Shown: piece after piece, positions 39,440 through 54,829 of the stretch
How positions within the stretch are numbered: position 1 is the first letter of the stretch
Layout of the letters: every line of letters begins with the position of its first letter
Assembly: GCF_006345805.1 (NCBI RefSeq)
Contig: NC_043001.1
Coordinates: forward strand, 94,984,001 to 95,048,000
Direction of reading: 5' to 3'
Origin: Octopus sinensis
Taxonomy: Eukaryota
Length of the DNA stretch: 64,000 bases
Notes under the pieces: generated by a model
The model's database searches: none
Seen by the model: the letters and a program-made list of their open reading frames with translations, nothing else
What the model was told of the DNA's origin: nothing
Program-made: the position numbers and the translations under genes

Positions 39440-39580
39440 CATTATTATTATAATTGTTATTATTACTATCATTATTATTATTATTACTATCATTATTATT
39501 ATTATTACTATTACTATTAATATCATTATTATTATTGTTGTTCTTGTTGTTGTTTTTGTTGTTGTTGTTGTAGTAGTTAG
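39358..39580. repeat. (ATT)n grading into (GTT)n microsatellite
   Basis: Directly visible. Confidence 0.95.
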
Positions 39581-39921
39581 TTCATAAATTCATAAATTGT
39601 ATATTTATGCATCTAGTAGTATACCGGTAAAGGACGTTCATTTTTTCAGCCTTCTTTGATGGAAGCTACGAGAATTTGTATTTGTCTCTACAATTGTTTG
39701 GACCCAACTAACATCGATCCCTCACGAGTGGCTTACTCAAGGTCTTATTTAAGTGTATCCGTCGGTGGAGTGCTGTCGGTGTAGGTGATTATATATAAGA
39801 TGTATATCGTCAAATAACGTTTATTCCGCAAGATTTCTCCTCGGTATGTGTATACAAACCGGAAAATTAGAGGTCACAGCACTAAGAAATATCAGAGGCG
39901 AACATAAATAAATACATTATA

Positions 39922-40303
39922 CAGGGAAAAGAGTATCCAACAATAGCAACATTTTGGAATATCTCTTTATGGCCGCGTTCTAGCCCAGATCTAAACGCTC
40001 TGGATTATGCTATTTGGGGCGTTTTAGAATATGCTACCAATAGAACATCACACAGCAATGTCGACTATCTTAAAGATACTATTAAAGAAGAATGGGAGAA
40101 GTTGTCTCCCGAATATTTAAGGAACACATGTGCAAGTTTCAGGAAGCGTGTGAAGGCAGTTATTGGGAAAGGAGGACACATGGAATAATAACATTTTTCT
40201 CTTATGTAAATTTTCTTGTGGCAAATAAATTCTCATGACATTCAATAAACTAATTAGTCCTACACAATCTTTCAATTCCTGCCTCAAAATATTCCCCACC
40301 CTG
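39922..40303 (+). mobile_element. Deleted Tc1/mariner-superfamily element (DD37D/maT-like), C-terminal remnant
   Basis: WPRSSPDLNALDYAIWGVLE...LKDTIKEEW...CASFRKRVKAVIGKGGHME-stop. Ends TA-CAGGG...CCCTG-TA. Confidence 0.82.
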
Positions 40304-40339
40304 TATATATGTATGTATGCACATAATGCCTGGATGTCA

Positions 40340-40383
<44 letters not shown>

Positions 40384-40721
40384 TAGATAGATATAGATAG
40401 ATAGATAGATAGATAGATATAGATAGATAGGGAGAGAGAGAAAAGAGTGTGCTTATTAAAGGAGATATTCAAAAGTGAACTGCATTCATGCCCTAATCTC
40501 CGACTTATTCCATCATCGATGTATTGTTTCTCTTCGTATGATGTTAACTTTTTTACCACTTCCTTACATCCAACGTAATCTACGAATATCTATTCTTTGA
40601 AAGTCGTTTTTATGGATCGTCCGTCGTTTTCCGACCTGTTTAGGCATCCATATTATAACAATAGCATTTTACGCCACTTGCTGTTCTGGAACATGTATAT
40701 ATACACACAAAATTGTATACG

Positions 40722-40857
<136 letters not shown>

Positions 40858-42643
40858 CTGTATGTGTGTGTGTATATGTATTTATATATATATATGTGTG
40901 TGTGTGAGAGAGAGAGTGTGTGTACAGAAAGAGGGACATATACTGTGCATTCTTAGAACTTTGTTTATCTGTATAAGCGTATATATGTGGGTGAGCAGAT
41001 TCGCACCTGTTGAGTGACATAAAACCGCCTAGAGAGATTTATTAAATAATTCGTTAACAATTGTTAATGGCGCATACGGTAATGTTATGGGAATGTCATC
41101 AATTGATAATTAATTCGAAGCATTCTAAATCAAAAGCTACTCTCTGTATTTATTTACAGTTGAAATATTCTGAATGCATTCATGTCAGTTTGAGGTTATA
41201 TGCACCTGGTATTTAATGAGCCATAAATCGTAACTCTCAATAAATTCATTGCGCATTTATTGCACACATATTTGTTTCAACCAATGCACATTTTCACAGG
41301 ACAGTGTTTGTAATATCAGGGAATACAAAGCATGGTATTATGGAGTTTTATATGAGTATAGAACATCTATCTAAATGTATCATACTGCCTCTAAATGCTA
41401 CACTCGATATAACGTGGATCTAGCAATAAACACTTAATAAGAAGATAACATCTGACATAATGGACTCGTTATAATTTACAATGCATAAAGCATTAGAATA
41501 AGTTTTAACAGCAGCTGGAATCATTACATTAAATGTTAAATATGATTATATATATTTTCCTTAATCTACAGAGTCTGATATATTCACACATATATGGGGA
41601 AGTTATCTTCTTAAACGTAATATAACAACTAAATATCAAGTCAACTGCCATGTCACAATGTTCAAGTATCAATTATTTCCTTTGCAAATGCTTGTGTAAG
41701 GTATTCAAATGCTCAATAAAATATAAATTAACACTTGCAGCCAAGGGGATTTATATGTGTTGGCATTAAATCAGGAGATAGAATATCAAAGCTACTTTTA
41801 CGATTGTGAGGGATGTTGCTATATGGCACAAAAAGGAAATTACCTGCAACATTGCTAAAAACCGACGACGTCGAGAATGTTCAAGCTTATAACTGATCGT
41901 CCATTTTATTTGCTCTTTCCACTCTTTAGAGATAGAAAATTTTAATTTTCTCTAACTATAGCCTCGCATTTGAGTATATGATCAGCGAATATTACCTTGA
42001 AAATCTTCGTTCAATATCTTTTATGTTATTTTCGATAAATCCATGCACCGAAGATGAAGAATAGTTTGTGCTACTGAGAGGACGTGCTTAGTTTTAAACT
42101 CATATATCGTAGGCTTTCATTCTGTTTCAGATTACAACATGAGTATCGATGTTTGTGTCTACAAGACTTCCACCTATAATTAGGCTCATTTAAATGCTTG
42201 ATGTATTTGCAATTTCTTGTTTTGAGATGAATATTTTGGAATAAAATTACCCTGGCTAAACGTATACACTCTGCTAAACGAATGGCTGCAAAAATTTAGT
42301 TTTCTCTTAATAATTATATGTCATTGTGAAAGAAGGAAGAACAATATTGGCTTCTGACCATCATCATCACATTACGTTAGCAACTCGTAAAGCTCTCATG
42401 AAGTTTCACCTGTAAGAATTGAGTTGGAGGCGTCTACAATTCACGTGATTGCATATTTTTATTTCCTCGTCGGCACTCCAATGAGAGAAATATATCGGAA
42501 TTAAGAGTAAAATAATGATCGAAAATTGATTGTGTTTGGACTGGAGTTTGTGTGTGTTTGTAGAGAAAAAATGTTTAGTTTTACGCAATAAGAATGTTTC
42601 TTCATTTTTCTTTTGAGTATTGCATTGGGATTTTACAGATAGA

Positions 42644-43058
42644 TTACTCTTTTACTCTCTTTTACTTGTTTCAGTCATTTGACTGCGGCCATGCTGGAGC
42701 ACCGCCTTTAATCAAGCAACTCGACCCCGGGACTTATTCTTTGTAAGCCCAGTACTTATCCTATCGGTCTCTTTTTGCCGAACCGCTCAGTGACGGGGAC
42801 ATAAACACACTAGCATCGGTTGTCAAGATATGCTAGGGGAACAAACACAGACACACACACGCACACATACATATATATATATATATACATATATACGACA
42901 GGCTTCTTTCAGTTTCCATCTACCAAATCCACTCACAAGGCTTTGGTTGGCCCGAGGCTATAGTAGAAGACACTTGCCCAAGGTGCCACGCAGTGGGACT
43001 GAACCCGGAACCATGTGGTTGGTAAACACGCTACTTACCACACAGCCACTCCTGCGCC
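42644..43058 (-). mobile_element. Full-length tRNA-derived SINE with internal microsatellite
   Basis: Head GGCGCAGGAGTGGCTGTGTGGTAAG (A box) and GGTTCAGTCCC (B box). Tail GACTGAAACAAGTAAAAGAG repeats. Confidence 0.88.
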
Positions 43059-43620
43059 CAGCCCCCAAAACATACAACATTGATGATACAAGAATGTAAT
43101 CTTATATCGACCGTATCTTATCTATGTGTACCACCAAGCTCTCAATGGGAGCAATAACATACCACACTGGTTAGCTCTGGAGCATACAAAATTGATCCCT
43201 AAATGCGAAGCCACCAACATGGCAAAAACCTGTTGCATGCCAGAATGTAAAAGAATTATTTGAATTAAATTATGGTTTGTATAGTAGCGTCCGGCGAATC
43301 TATTTACACATACTTATTTGTTTAAAAAATTAAAATATAGTTTTTAGTATCAAACTATGATAAAGTGATGTAGAGGCCTGATGATTGGGGTTACATTTTA
43401 AGAAAGGTTCCAGCAAAACACGGCGTGGTTAAGAACCGGGAAATGAACTTCCAGTAACACGTGTATCCGAGATATAAGCAGTAAGTATGAAATTAAATTA
43501 AAATTCTGTTATATGTTGGAAGAAGAGGCCTAGTATCTCTAAATGAAAAAAAAAATATTTCCTCATTGAAAATAATTTGAACCCCTGTTATGCCGAATTT
43601 TTATTTCCTAACAAATAAAA

Positions 43621-43688
<68 letters not shown>

Positions 43689-43699
43689 ATCATGCTTAA

Positions 43700-44980
43700 G
43701 ACTCTTCCTCCAGTAACATCATCACTGCACAAGGAGCAGCTGGGAAGAAGGGAGCCTGGGGATGTTAATCGACAAAGTTCCAGCATAGATGGAATCTTGT
43801 TTTAATGTGGCTAGGCTACAAGAAAACCTTTCAATTCATCGTGGACACCCATCATGAAATTAAACACAAAGAGTGACTGTTTTATAACTGATAGCATACA
43901 GTAGCGCAAAGGTATATTCCAAGGTGGCAGCCTCCGTGAGATTTTGCTTATATTTCCTGTAACCCTCGTCTCACTCATGTTGAAGAAGTCTGAAGGATAT
44001 TTCACTGGTTCATAGGGAAACAGAAATACCAACATTACGCACTATTTCTTTGTGGATGACATGAGACTATACGCAAAGAATGTGCATGAGATGAGAAACA
44101 GCGTTGAACAAGTTACAACATTCTCAGAGAACGTGAGATTGGAGTTTGCTCAGGACAAATGTTGTTATATGGTTGTGAAAAGGGGGAAAACTTTGTGGAG
44201 ATAACACCGACGATGTCAACCACATCATAGGCAGTTGTCCGAAAAGGTCATCACGGTATAATCTACCTATGCGACATGGTGTAACTACGACACGTCGGAA
44301 GGATAACCCCAAGGACAAAGAAACAAGAACCCACACTATGGTAGAAGCCATAGCTACTCATAATAAACAAGAGTACTGGTGGAATGTCCTAGTGAAGACC
44401 TTAATAAAATGTAAGCACAGCAGACCTGATATAATTTTTGGGGATAGAGAATAGAAACTGTGGACAGTTGTGGAAATTAGCTGCCCAACGAATATCAACA
44501 TAACGCTGGAGATCAGTGAAACCGAGAATACCTAAGCTGATCAATTGAGAAATCTGTAGTGACTCTGCATATTTCTAGTTTCTACCTGTAATTATTGGGC
44601 CGCTGGGACATGTAACACACTACTAAGTACCAATCTTGATAAATTAGGCTTCTGAAACACAAAACGCTGATTCGAAGACTGCAGCTCCAGTTCATCACTG
44701 GAAGTGTAAAAGTCTGTACCAGTTTCCTGCAATTTATCATTTAAATATATAAGCATGACTAGATAGGCAACTATATGCACAAGAATGTATAAAACAAATT
44801 ATATATTAATATATAAAACAAAATATACATCTCTGCACACATGCATACATATATGCAAATAAAATGCCCTGTTGTTGATGTTGAAATTCCAGTGGAGGAA
44901 ACTTGGATTGGGTTAGAAACTGGTTCATTCTCTAGTAGCAAGGAATCTCGAAATAAAACTAACCAATGACATTCACATAT
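43700..44980 (+). pseudogene. Decayed RLE-type LINE (different family) with RT and RLE remnants and a large internal deletion
   Basis: KGIFQGGSL, HYFFVDDMRLYAKN, LEFAQDKC, then EYWWNVLVKT..KHSRPDII..VVEISCP and IIGPLG. Confidence 0.8.
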
Positions 44981-46964
44981 ACATCTATACGTATATACGA
45001 CTTATCAAATGTTTATCATTTAAGTATACATGACCATGCCTAGACACGTAACTATATACATGAGAATAGATACGTAAAGCAAAATATAAAAATTTGCTCA
45101 TATACACTCATACAAAATTATCCTTTCGATGTTAAAATTCCAATGAATGAGCCTCGGATCTAGGTTAGGATCCTATCTCAATAGACAAGAAGTCTTTCTC
45201 TATTAGCAACAAATCTTGAAATAAAAATGAATAATGACATACATACATGCGTGAGCATGTGTGTGTGTATGCATGTCTGTGTGTGTGTGCGTGTGTGTTT
45301 GTAGTATAAACAAACGTATATGTGATATCAGATGCGTTAATATTATTGCAAAAATCTACTATAGAAGACGATGGATTGCATTCAATAGTGGCGTATCATC
45401 CCACAATGCAAACGAATGTTAAATTAATCCCATTATGACGAAACCTAACAATCATCTTCGTCAATACGATGAAGTGATCCTTTATCAAAACTGTAAGATG
45501 GAATTCAATAATCGATTGAACAGAATTGTTGTTACTCTGAATATTTTCTTTCTCGTTTACGGAGTTATATTAAAACGTGAGAATGTAGCCTGTTTATAGT
45601 AAGATAGAGGTAGTAGACAACGAGTGTGAGTGATCTATTGAGTTACGTGTATAATCTGCTGAATATTATGACAACATAATTGCGAGATATCACCCGACAC
45701 TTCACGGTTACTACGTTATAAAAATACAACTAACGGTAACTTATAAACTCATATAAGTCTAAGGATATTGACTAAATTCACACACACACACACATGTACA
45801 TATAGACATACACCACACTACACTTCCACACACCAACACCCGTGGGAAGATATCAAGATGGAGGAATAGATTAAGTAATGTGAGTGAGATAGAGAAAGAA
45901 GCACAAAAGCTGTAATCTTTTTTTTTCATATGAACCAGGATATAATTTCTTTCTGGCAGATAATGCATTACTCAAAAATTCATGAATATAAATATGGAAA
46001 CAGAAGTTGCATTTCTACAGACTACGTTTATACTTACATTCGTCTTATGTGGACTGTCGCATTTACACGAAGCACACGCTAAAACACACACATGTACGTT
46101 TATGCTTCATTATGCATACGGATACTTGTGCACACACACACACGCGCACATATGCACGCGCGCACACACAGATATTCATAATGTTATTAATGGAGTCAAA
46201 AAAGCGTATAATCACCCATTCTCTCTCCTCTACAATTTGTATGTATTAAACAAGACGTCCATTCGCTGGAAGCACGAAATACTTATGTGTCGTTTACACG
46301 TATATTCATTCAATCGATTTGTGTTAGCCAAGTAGAGTTATTGCCGAAGGCTATTACCAGCTCCTAGTGTAGTAGATAATTTCCACGACTAAGTAAGTAC
46401 TAGATATTGCCAGGCAAAATCCGTGTCATTACAACCAATTTCAACCATAAGATTGTTCGACAGACAAGAACCTAATTAAACTATTATTCGAGAATATGGC
46501 CACTTAAATTGCAACTTAGTGCTAAGTATGTATACATAATGTACCATGGCTAAATGCCATCAGCAATATCTGTGAAAAAAGGAAAAAAAATGTTCCATTG
46601 CACAGTTATTCAGAATTTCCTCTTCGGCTACTAGATGAAAATTGTGCAAAACACTTTAATTATTTTCATAGTAAATCTTAACATTTTTATTGAAAATATA
46701 TACACCATTAAATGGGAACAATTAATTATAGGATAAAGAAAAAATTACCGAAATTCAAACAATAGGAATCGGTTTTGTGACACTAAGCTAGAAAATATCT
46801 AATGTACTGGTTACAGTTTCCTCGAAGTTATAACATATATTTTACAGCAGTCTTTCAATTCTGTATGTCTATGAGACACTCTCAGATTTTCTTAGCATCT
46901 TCATTACACTCTTTTCATTCTATGTATGTATATATATATATATTTATCTTTATCTAGCTATACA

Positions 46965-47202
46965 TACATACACACACACAATGGTATATATGCATGTTTA
47001 TCTAAATATAAGTATATATATATATATATATAATATATATATATATATAATATATGTATGTGTGTGTGTGTGTGTAAGTATATATATATATATACTCGTA
47101 TGTACACACAGACATACACACATACATACATGCATACATACAAACATATGTACATACATACATACATACATACATACATACATAAATACATACATACATA
47201 AA

Positions 47203-47233
<31 letters not shown>

Positions 47234-47245
47234 GTAAATACATAT
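46965..47245. repeat. Compound (TA)/(TG)/(TACA)n microsatellite
   Basis: Directly visible. Confidence 0.9.
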
Positions 47246-48224
47246 GATGCATGTTTTGACACTTGAGTACATTATGCATTTAGATAAAAGTCGAGAAGCG
47301 TCGCAGTAATTTCAGCAATTTGTTGAGATCCTTTGCTGACCACCTATAGCATTTTCCCATCCATTTGTACATTACTGTTAATCCAGTTTTGCCTTAAGAA
47401 ACTCAATTAGCCCGATCTTTACGGATATCCCGCATTTGTGCGAGATATTATGATTAATTTAGTGCGCTGTGAGTTGATGGCGAAGAGTCAAATGGAAGTG
47501 TGACCATTGCCTGTGTTAAATGAAGAACTTTCTGTTCGTCATACTGTTTATTAGATTATAGAGATATTTAGCTAAAAAAAAAAACATGGTATATACACAA
47601 AACGATATGCATAATTTATTTAACCTTCTTTAATAACGAATTCGTAATTTGTGTTTGTATGGAATACAAAGCACCTGTCGCTGATTACAGTTAAATTTGA
47701 AAATAGGATTGAAGCTAATCCGGTTGATATTGTTATAGTTTCCAACAAGATATTTCATATAGTGATCGTAATTACACCATTTCTATCCAGGGAGAAATAA
47801 CTTATTACGTCGAAATATATACGACTAAAAGCAAACGATATTGAAGTGTCAGTCTTTTATATGCGAAAGATTCATATGTAAACATATGTTATTTACTATG
47901 AGGCTAGACTAGTAATTATGTTTCTTTATTCGAGAGCAGTTGAATCGACAAATATTCACTGATGCATCAAGCTTTGTCAGTGATATAACATGTGCTAAAT
48001 AGTTAATATTATCTTTGTGTAGTATATTTGAGGTCAATTTTTCCACTTTGTTTGAGTCGAATACACATGAAACCAAACCTGCGTCCGGCATATATGTCAA
48101 TGTGATCTGTAAGTGCTTATATACGTCGCGTAGATGAACATAAATTGAACTACCGAGATTCAACGTATAACTACCTATTTTATACGTCATTGAATATACT
48201 ATATATATAGTATGTTATATATAT

Positions 48225-48533
48225 TATTTATTCGCCCTTTTTCAAGGATAGCCAGGCTCATGGGCCCTGTTTCCCCTTTTCTATAGCGCATGCGCTCCCC
48301 CAGGCTGGTAGGGACGCCAGTCCATCGCAGTGTTACTCAAGAAACAGGAAGAAAGACTGAGAGAAAGTTGGGGTGAAAGAGCACAACAGGAGTCGCCACC
48401 ACTCCTGCGGGAGCCTCGTGGAACTTTTCGGTGTTTTGGCTCAATAAACACACGCAACACCCGGTCTAGGAATCGAAACTGCGATCCTCCGACCGCGATT
48501 TCGCTGCCCGAACCACTGGGTCATTGCGCCTCC
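48225..48533 (-). mobile_element. tRNA-derived SINE, third head type, with V-domain-like tail
   Basis: Head GGAGGCGCAATGACCCAGTGGTT..GTTTCGATTCC shared with 63146. Tail has CTGCGATGGACTGGCGTCCC. Confidence 0.8.
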
Positions 48534-51362
48534 ACACACACACACACACACACACCACACACACACACACAGACAGACACACACGCACACATATATATAT
48601 ATATAGATTTGAAGATGCTGTCTGGTCCTTTTTGTGTCGTGTCCTGCCCTACAGGTGTTTTATAGTGTTCATATCTGGTGACTGACTTGGCCATGGAAGC
48701 ATTTTAATGCGATACTCATCCAACAAATCTGAAGTCATTTAGCCGTGTGACAAGCAGTCCCTTCGTCTATAAATAAACAGTCTAAAGAGACATTGCTAAA
48801 GTATTTTCCTAAATGAGACAGCAAAATAACGTGGAATATGCTTAATTCGTTTTCAGAGCAGAACATAAACTATCACAAATCACTTTGCTTTCTGTGATTA
48901 TAAATACATCATCAATAAATATTTTAATATATTTTTTAATATATTTTGATATAATTTCTACAAAAAGCACAAGGCCTTTTAGCTAGAATAATATACTTTT
49001 CGTTACTTTTTGCATGAGGATATGAAATACCTGTTATTCTGTAATTATACAAATACTACAAAATGGGGACATTTCGGTTTCATTATATTGTTCTTGGTTA
49101 TAACTTTAGTATGTGGTTAATTTTCTCATCTCCCTTATTTTCTCGCTAGATTCTTCATTTTCTTCTGAATTGCTCATTCGTTCACCTTGCTATTATGTTA
49201 TGTTCATAACTTGGTACCAATTTATTTTTCTCGTGCGGTCCCGCGTAAATCTATAGACATGTGTCACAACAGAAGACGTCTATGTTACTTGTTGTCTTTT
49301 ATATGAATTCTCCTCTTGGCATCGAAAGTGCAATTTTTATTTAAAGGGCAACAATATTAGTTTAAGACTATATAGCTAGTTATATATAGTTTCCATTGTG
49401 TCTACGTTTTCACAAGTGTGGTATCGGCTTTCTACATATAAATGGCAGAAAATAAATAGAAGAGACTACCTACTTCGTTAGTATCTACATATATCTAATG
49501 AGTTTCAAGTGAAGAAGATATCGGATACAGATGAAGTGAGTTTTACTTTCCTAAGGGCATATAATTTTTATGAAAGTTGTGTGAGATAGTAATTGGCGAC
49601 AAGACAGTATTATAGCTTGTAAACATTGTCTGGCACAGGCTGTTCTTATTTAATATTCCAATGTGGTAATACTGACTATATCATTTCCCAGCCATGAGAA
49701 TTTAAAGAAATTGCAGTGGAGTTTTGACGAAAATCGAATGTCGGTGACTCAGTTTCCATCCCTTCAGTTTTAGATCCCCGTTGTTTAATTACGCCATATC
49801 ATTCACTATCGATTTTCAACATAGTTGTCGTAAACAAATATTTAAAACTGTAATTACATATGTCAACACCGATACGAGGTGTCAGTTATAGAGCTAATTT
49901 AATAGATTCTATTGTTTGTGTGCGTGTAGTTTAAACACTTCTAAATGTTGCGTGTCGGGCAATAAATACTTCAATAAATTTCTTTACACACACGTGAGCT
50001 TTTCGGCATACGGTGTAAATACACACAAATGCACATAGACGAAACGAAAACATTTGCAATTATTATAAATTTCCACTCATAAAACCCTACCAGTTGAAGT
50101 AGGTTCGCATTAAATGTATACTTTATTATGTATATCTCGCTTCTTGGTGTAAAATTTTACACGAGCCTGTAGTTATACATAGTGTTTGGACGATAAATTC
50201 TTTCGAAATCAAGGCCATAAAAGTGCAATGATCACAGTGTAATATATGTAAATGTTTACAGTCGTTGATGCCGTTTGCATTCTGGCCACTGATAGATGTT
50301 GCACGTTCATTATTACTTTAAAAGGAGTGGTTTATATTTCTAAACTCATCGTTCCATTCTATTTCAGTATAAATATCTCAGCTGATCGACACATAAAGGT
50401 CAATCAACATTTTAAGCTAATCCTTTTGTAAATGTATATAGTATATGAAGATCAGAAATACCTTTACTAACGCTAGATAATTATTTAATGCTTACTATAC
50501 ATTTAAATAAATGTTTATGCTGTCCACCGAGAAGTAATATCGTGATAAGATTTCAGGTGCAATAGATATTTTTGTAACTAGCAAGTTGTCTGATGGAGGC
50601 AGTCGTTTCTCCATTCATATTAGATGTCGGCTTCCATAACAATATTTATACCATTTGCGTATTTTATTCGCAGAATTTCTAACTCTCCAGATGAAAACAG
50701 CAATCACTAAAATTAAGTATAGTCACAGATAAATTGAATACGATTGATGTAATACTGTCATACATGGCACCAATTCCGTGTAGTTCGCAACCTTTATAAT
50801 TATGCAGATATAGTGTTTTTATGTCCATAGTTACCAAATTGGAAATATAATTACAATAAAAACAATATAATGAAAAAAACAATATTCACAAAATATAGTA
50901 GAGAGAATAAAAGCAACTAAATATCGACAGCTGTATAATGGAATAAATGAAACTCATTAATATGCCATATTATCATAGTTTGTTTATTAATTACAATCAT
51001 GCTGAACGCAAAATTAATAAGACCGTCTCTTTGTTGCCAAGAACTACTCATATCCGTCTACATTTATTTATACGTATGCATGTGTGTGTGTGTGAGAGGG
51101 AGAGGGAGAAAGTATGTGATCTAACCTACACAGACACACACAAAAGAGACATACACTCGAAGGTAGATATTTATAGAGATGATTATGTAAAGAAGCCTTT
51201 AAAAAGGTAATGGAACCCCATTTCAAATCTAAATTTTCAACAAAATTTCCTCATGTATAAAGATCCACTATTGTAAAATACTTCGCTATATCTGCACAGT
51301 TTCATCACGATTATAGGATAATACGTATAGAGAAATACGTACACACACACTGTGTGTCTGTG

Positions 51363-51397
<35 letters not shown>

Positions 51398-52138
51398 TTC
51401 ACACACACACACAAACACACTCACACTGACTCTCTCTTCCAGACACATATACATACCCAAGCAAATATGTATATATTAATAGGTACGATACATGGAATGA
51501 GGAATTAAAACCTAATATTTCGAGTGTTTCTCGGGGGTCACAGACACGGTAGGGCCTGGATGCTACTAATGACACTCAAAGTGGTATCATTAATACCAGT
51601 AACTACTGCGAAGCAGCAGTATTCATGTGTGCGGGACAAAATATATGTATAAACGTATGTATGCATGTGAGTAAGTATATATCTGTGTGTATATGTTTTT
51701 TTCGGGAAGTCAGAGGGTAAGAAAGTATAACTTTCCTTGCAAAAGTTCAAGATCCTTGTTGCCAAAGACGCAAATATGCATATGTAAACCCAGAGAAAGA
51801 GGAAGAGAACAATGACTACTCCTTTAGATGTTGAAATAAACATCCCTGATTTGCCTTGATACGAAATAGCTGTAGAAGGCGGGTGAAATAACAGTAGACC
51901 TAGGGTTATAAATAGAGAACGAATTTAGAGTGGACTGTAGGTATTTGATATCTACTTTTAGTGTATAGGCACTCAAATTCCAGGGCACCTAATGATAATA
52001 ATGTTCTAATTATATACTTAAAAATATACACACACACGCATATATATATATATACACACATACCTACATATATATACATACATACACACACACACATATA
52101 TATATATACATATATAACTACATATATATGTGTATATA

Positions 52139-52187
<49 letters not shown>

Positions 52188-52235
52188 TATACATATATAT
52201 ATGTATATATACATATATATAGGTGTGTATGTGTG

Positions 52236-52549
52236 TATGTTGTATAAAAGATTGTGGGTAATGCCAAAACAACGCGAAGTAAATGCAAGGTAAATCACAA
52301 GGAAACAAATATGTGAATTAAGGTCAACTTAACTGTGTATCCAGTATTTCAGGAGTTATTACCTCATTTTCAAGAAATTGACGAACATTCACATCGGCAA
52401 CATTCTTTAATTTCTTGAAAAGGGGGTCATAACCCGAAATACTGAATACAGTTCAGTCTACATAAATTCACATACCTGTTTTCTTGTAAATTACCTTGCA
52501 TTTGCTTCAAATTGTTTTGGCCTTACCCATGATCTTTTATAAAATATAC
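52236..52549. mobile_element. Long imperfect palindromic MITE-like element
   Basis: Arms TATAAAAGATTGTGGGTAATGCCAAAACAA..AAATGCAAGGTAA..TTTTCAAGAAATT and AATTTCTTGAAAA..TTACCTTGCATTT..TTGTTTTGGCCTTACCCATGATCTTTTATA. Confidence 0.8.
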
Positions 52550-52578
52550 TCTACACAATGCTTCGCAGTAATTATTCC

Positions 52579-52624
<46 letters not shown>

Positions 52625-53020
52625 CGTCTTTTCAGAGAAGAACATATATACTTGTTAATATACAATATCACAATTAATTTTTCACTTTTAACTTTGAATG
52701 ATGAAAAGGTGTTTCTTCAACTGCTGTCTTAGCTGCATTGCACTGTGGTTTTGTCTAGAGTTCCTCAGACAGAATTCTCGCAGCCCCTGATGCAGTCTGT
52801 GATATTGTTGGACAAGATCATCGATGAAGAGACTAGCTGGGTATCCGAGGAGACCGTTTTGGTCATTCTAATTTCTGCTAGATGTGTGAACGATGTCATA
52901 TTTATTGTCGTCATCAGGCGCAGAAGTACTTCAGTCACAGTATTGGGGAAATTGTATAAATACATAGACATAAATCTATACAAACATGCATACATATATG
53001 CATGTATATATAGATAGATG

Positions 53021-53054
<34 letters not shown>

Positions 53055-53359
53055 GAGAGAGACACACTGACACACATATACACACACGCATTAAATAAAC
53101 CATACATACATAAGCGTGTCAATGCATGTGCTTAAGAAAGCAAAAGAGAAAAGAAATATAGCAACGCTATAACATATAAATCTCTATGATATGCACAGTA
53201 GATACCTTGATAAATGTAAAACTCTAATCCTTATTATATAATTAGTGGAAAGATTTGTACTAAAATGCCCATATTTCGCCTGCATATTAGTCTTCTTACT
53301 GTACGTTAATTCATTGATTTCTCAGCGCCAATATATTTCTGATGTCTCTCCGTTTCTTC

Positions 53360-53490
<131 letters not shown>

Positions 53491-54274
53491 TTATATATAT
53501 ATACATAAGTTATCCAGAAAAATATGTCATTGAAGCATTTCCATTATCGGATGGAATGCAGTTTTTCGTTTTAAGTTATAAAATTATATCCTATATAGAT
53601 ATATGTCAGCTAAATGAATACAGGAATTTAATATTTCAGATCATATGTCGTGCTCTGAACCGACGTACTTCAGTTCTATTTTGGGATGATAGGCGTCATA
53701 TTTCAGTTGTATTTGACTGTAATTCACACATGATACGGCGTAGAACAAATGGCATTTATTAAATTGAAAAAGAGAATCTAATGGAATATTAGAAACGACA
53801 ATGCTTAAACGATTTGAAATTCTTGTTAAAATTAATTATGTAGAATTCTAAAAAATGCATATGGGACATTATTTTGGCATGTGTGTGCTATATTGCATTC
53901 GATAAATAGTTACATCGAACTAAACACACACACACAGACATACAGACACACACACATATATATTTACTTATATACGTGCCACCATGTCAGTTGCTTAAAG
54001 ACTGATGCGTTTAAATGAATGGAAGATATATATGTGCGTGTGTGGGTGTGTTCGTGTGTGCACCATGTTGGGCTAAAGTGCATCTGGGTTCACTATGAAA
54101 GAATGATACTAGAGCTGGGATTTCTTGAATGCGTTACTTTCATAACTTCATATTACTGTACAGATATCTGACTGTTCAAAGAAAGCCAAGAGCGTTACTG
54201 CCTCATAGAAAGTGAAGGTCCCAGATTTTGGGGAAGGCATAACAGGTATTCCCAGTATCATATATTCGCGAATA

Positions 54275-54348
<74 letters not shown>

Positions 54349-54526
54349 TATCAGGGTAAGAAAAAATTTAGACATTTTTCTAGCGTGTAGAAAAATTAAT
54401 CAGTAGGCTATATATTATTCATATAAATACAGAAATTTATCCCTAATATTGGTTTGGATTTCGGCTATTCCTTCTAGCGTGACAGGTATAATATGATCGA
54501 TACCTTGTGTGTTTAAATGCACACTG

Positions 54527-54574
<48 letters not shown>

Positions 54575-54599
54575 CATATATGTGCATATACATATATGT

Positions 54600-54780
54600 A
54601 TGAAGTCACATAGCTCAGTGGTTGGCTCACAATCACGAGATAGTGTGTTGTGTGCTTGAGCAAGACACTTTATTTCACGTTTCTCCAGAAATGATTTGCG
54701 ACTTCACTGTTGCCAAACTACGTCATATTTTCCTTTCCCTTGGTGTAGAGAGTGGAGGCTTCTACGCATAAGCAATTGGT
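54600..54780 (+). mobile_element. Degenerate SINE (family of 25980-26315)
   Basis: AGCTCAGTGGTT...CTTGAGCAAGACACTTTATTTCACGTT. Confidence 0.75.
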
Positions 54781-54829
54781 TGTCACTAACACGCAATGAG
54801 AAAAAAGTCCCCTGCAACAATCAAATCCC

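Noticed and set aside
52700-52950. Exon or hammerhead (CTGATGA on the minus strand)
   Set aside because: No stem II-GAAA arrangement follows, and the ORFs lack recognisable motifs.
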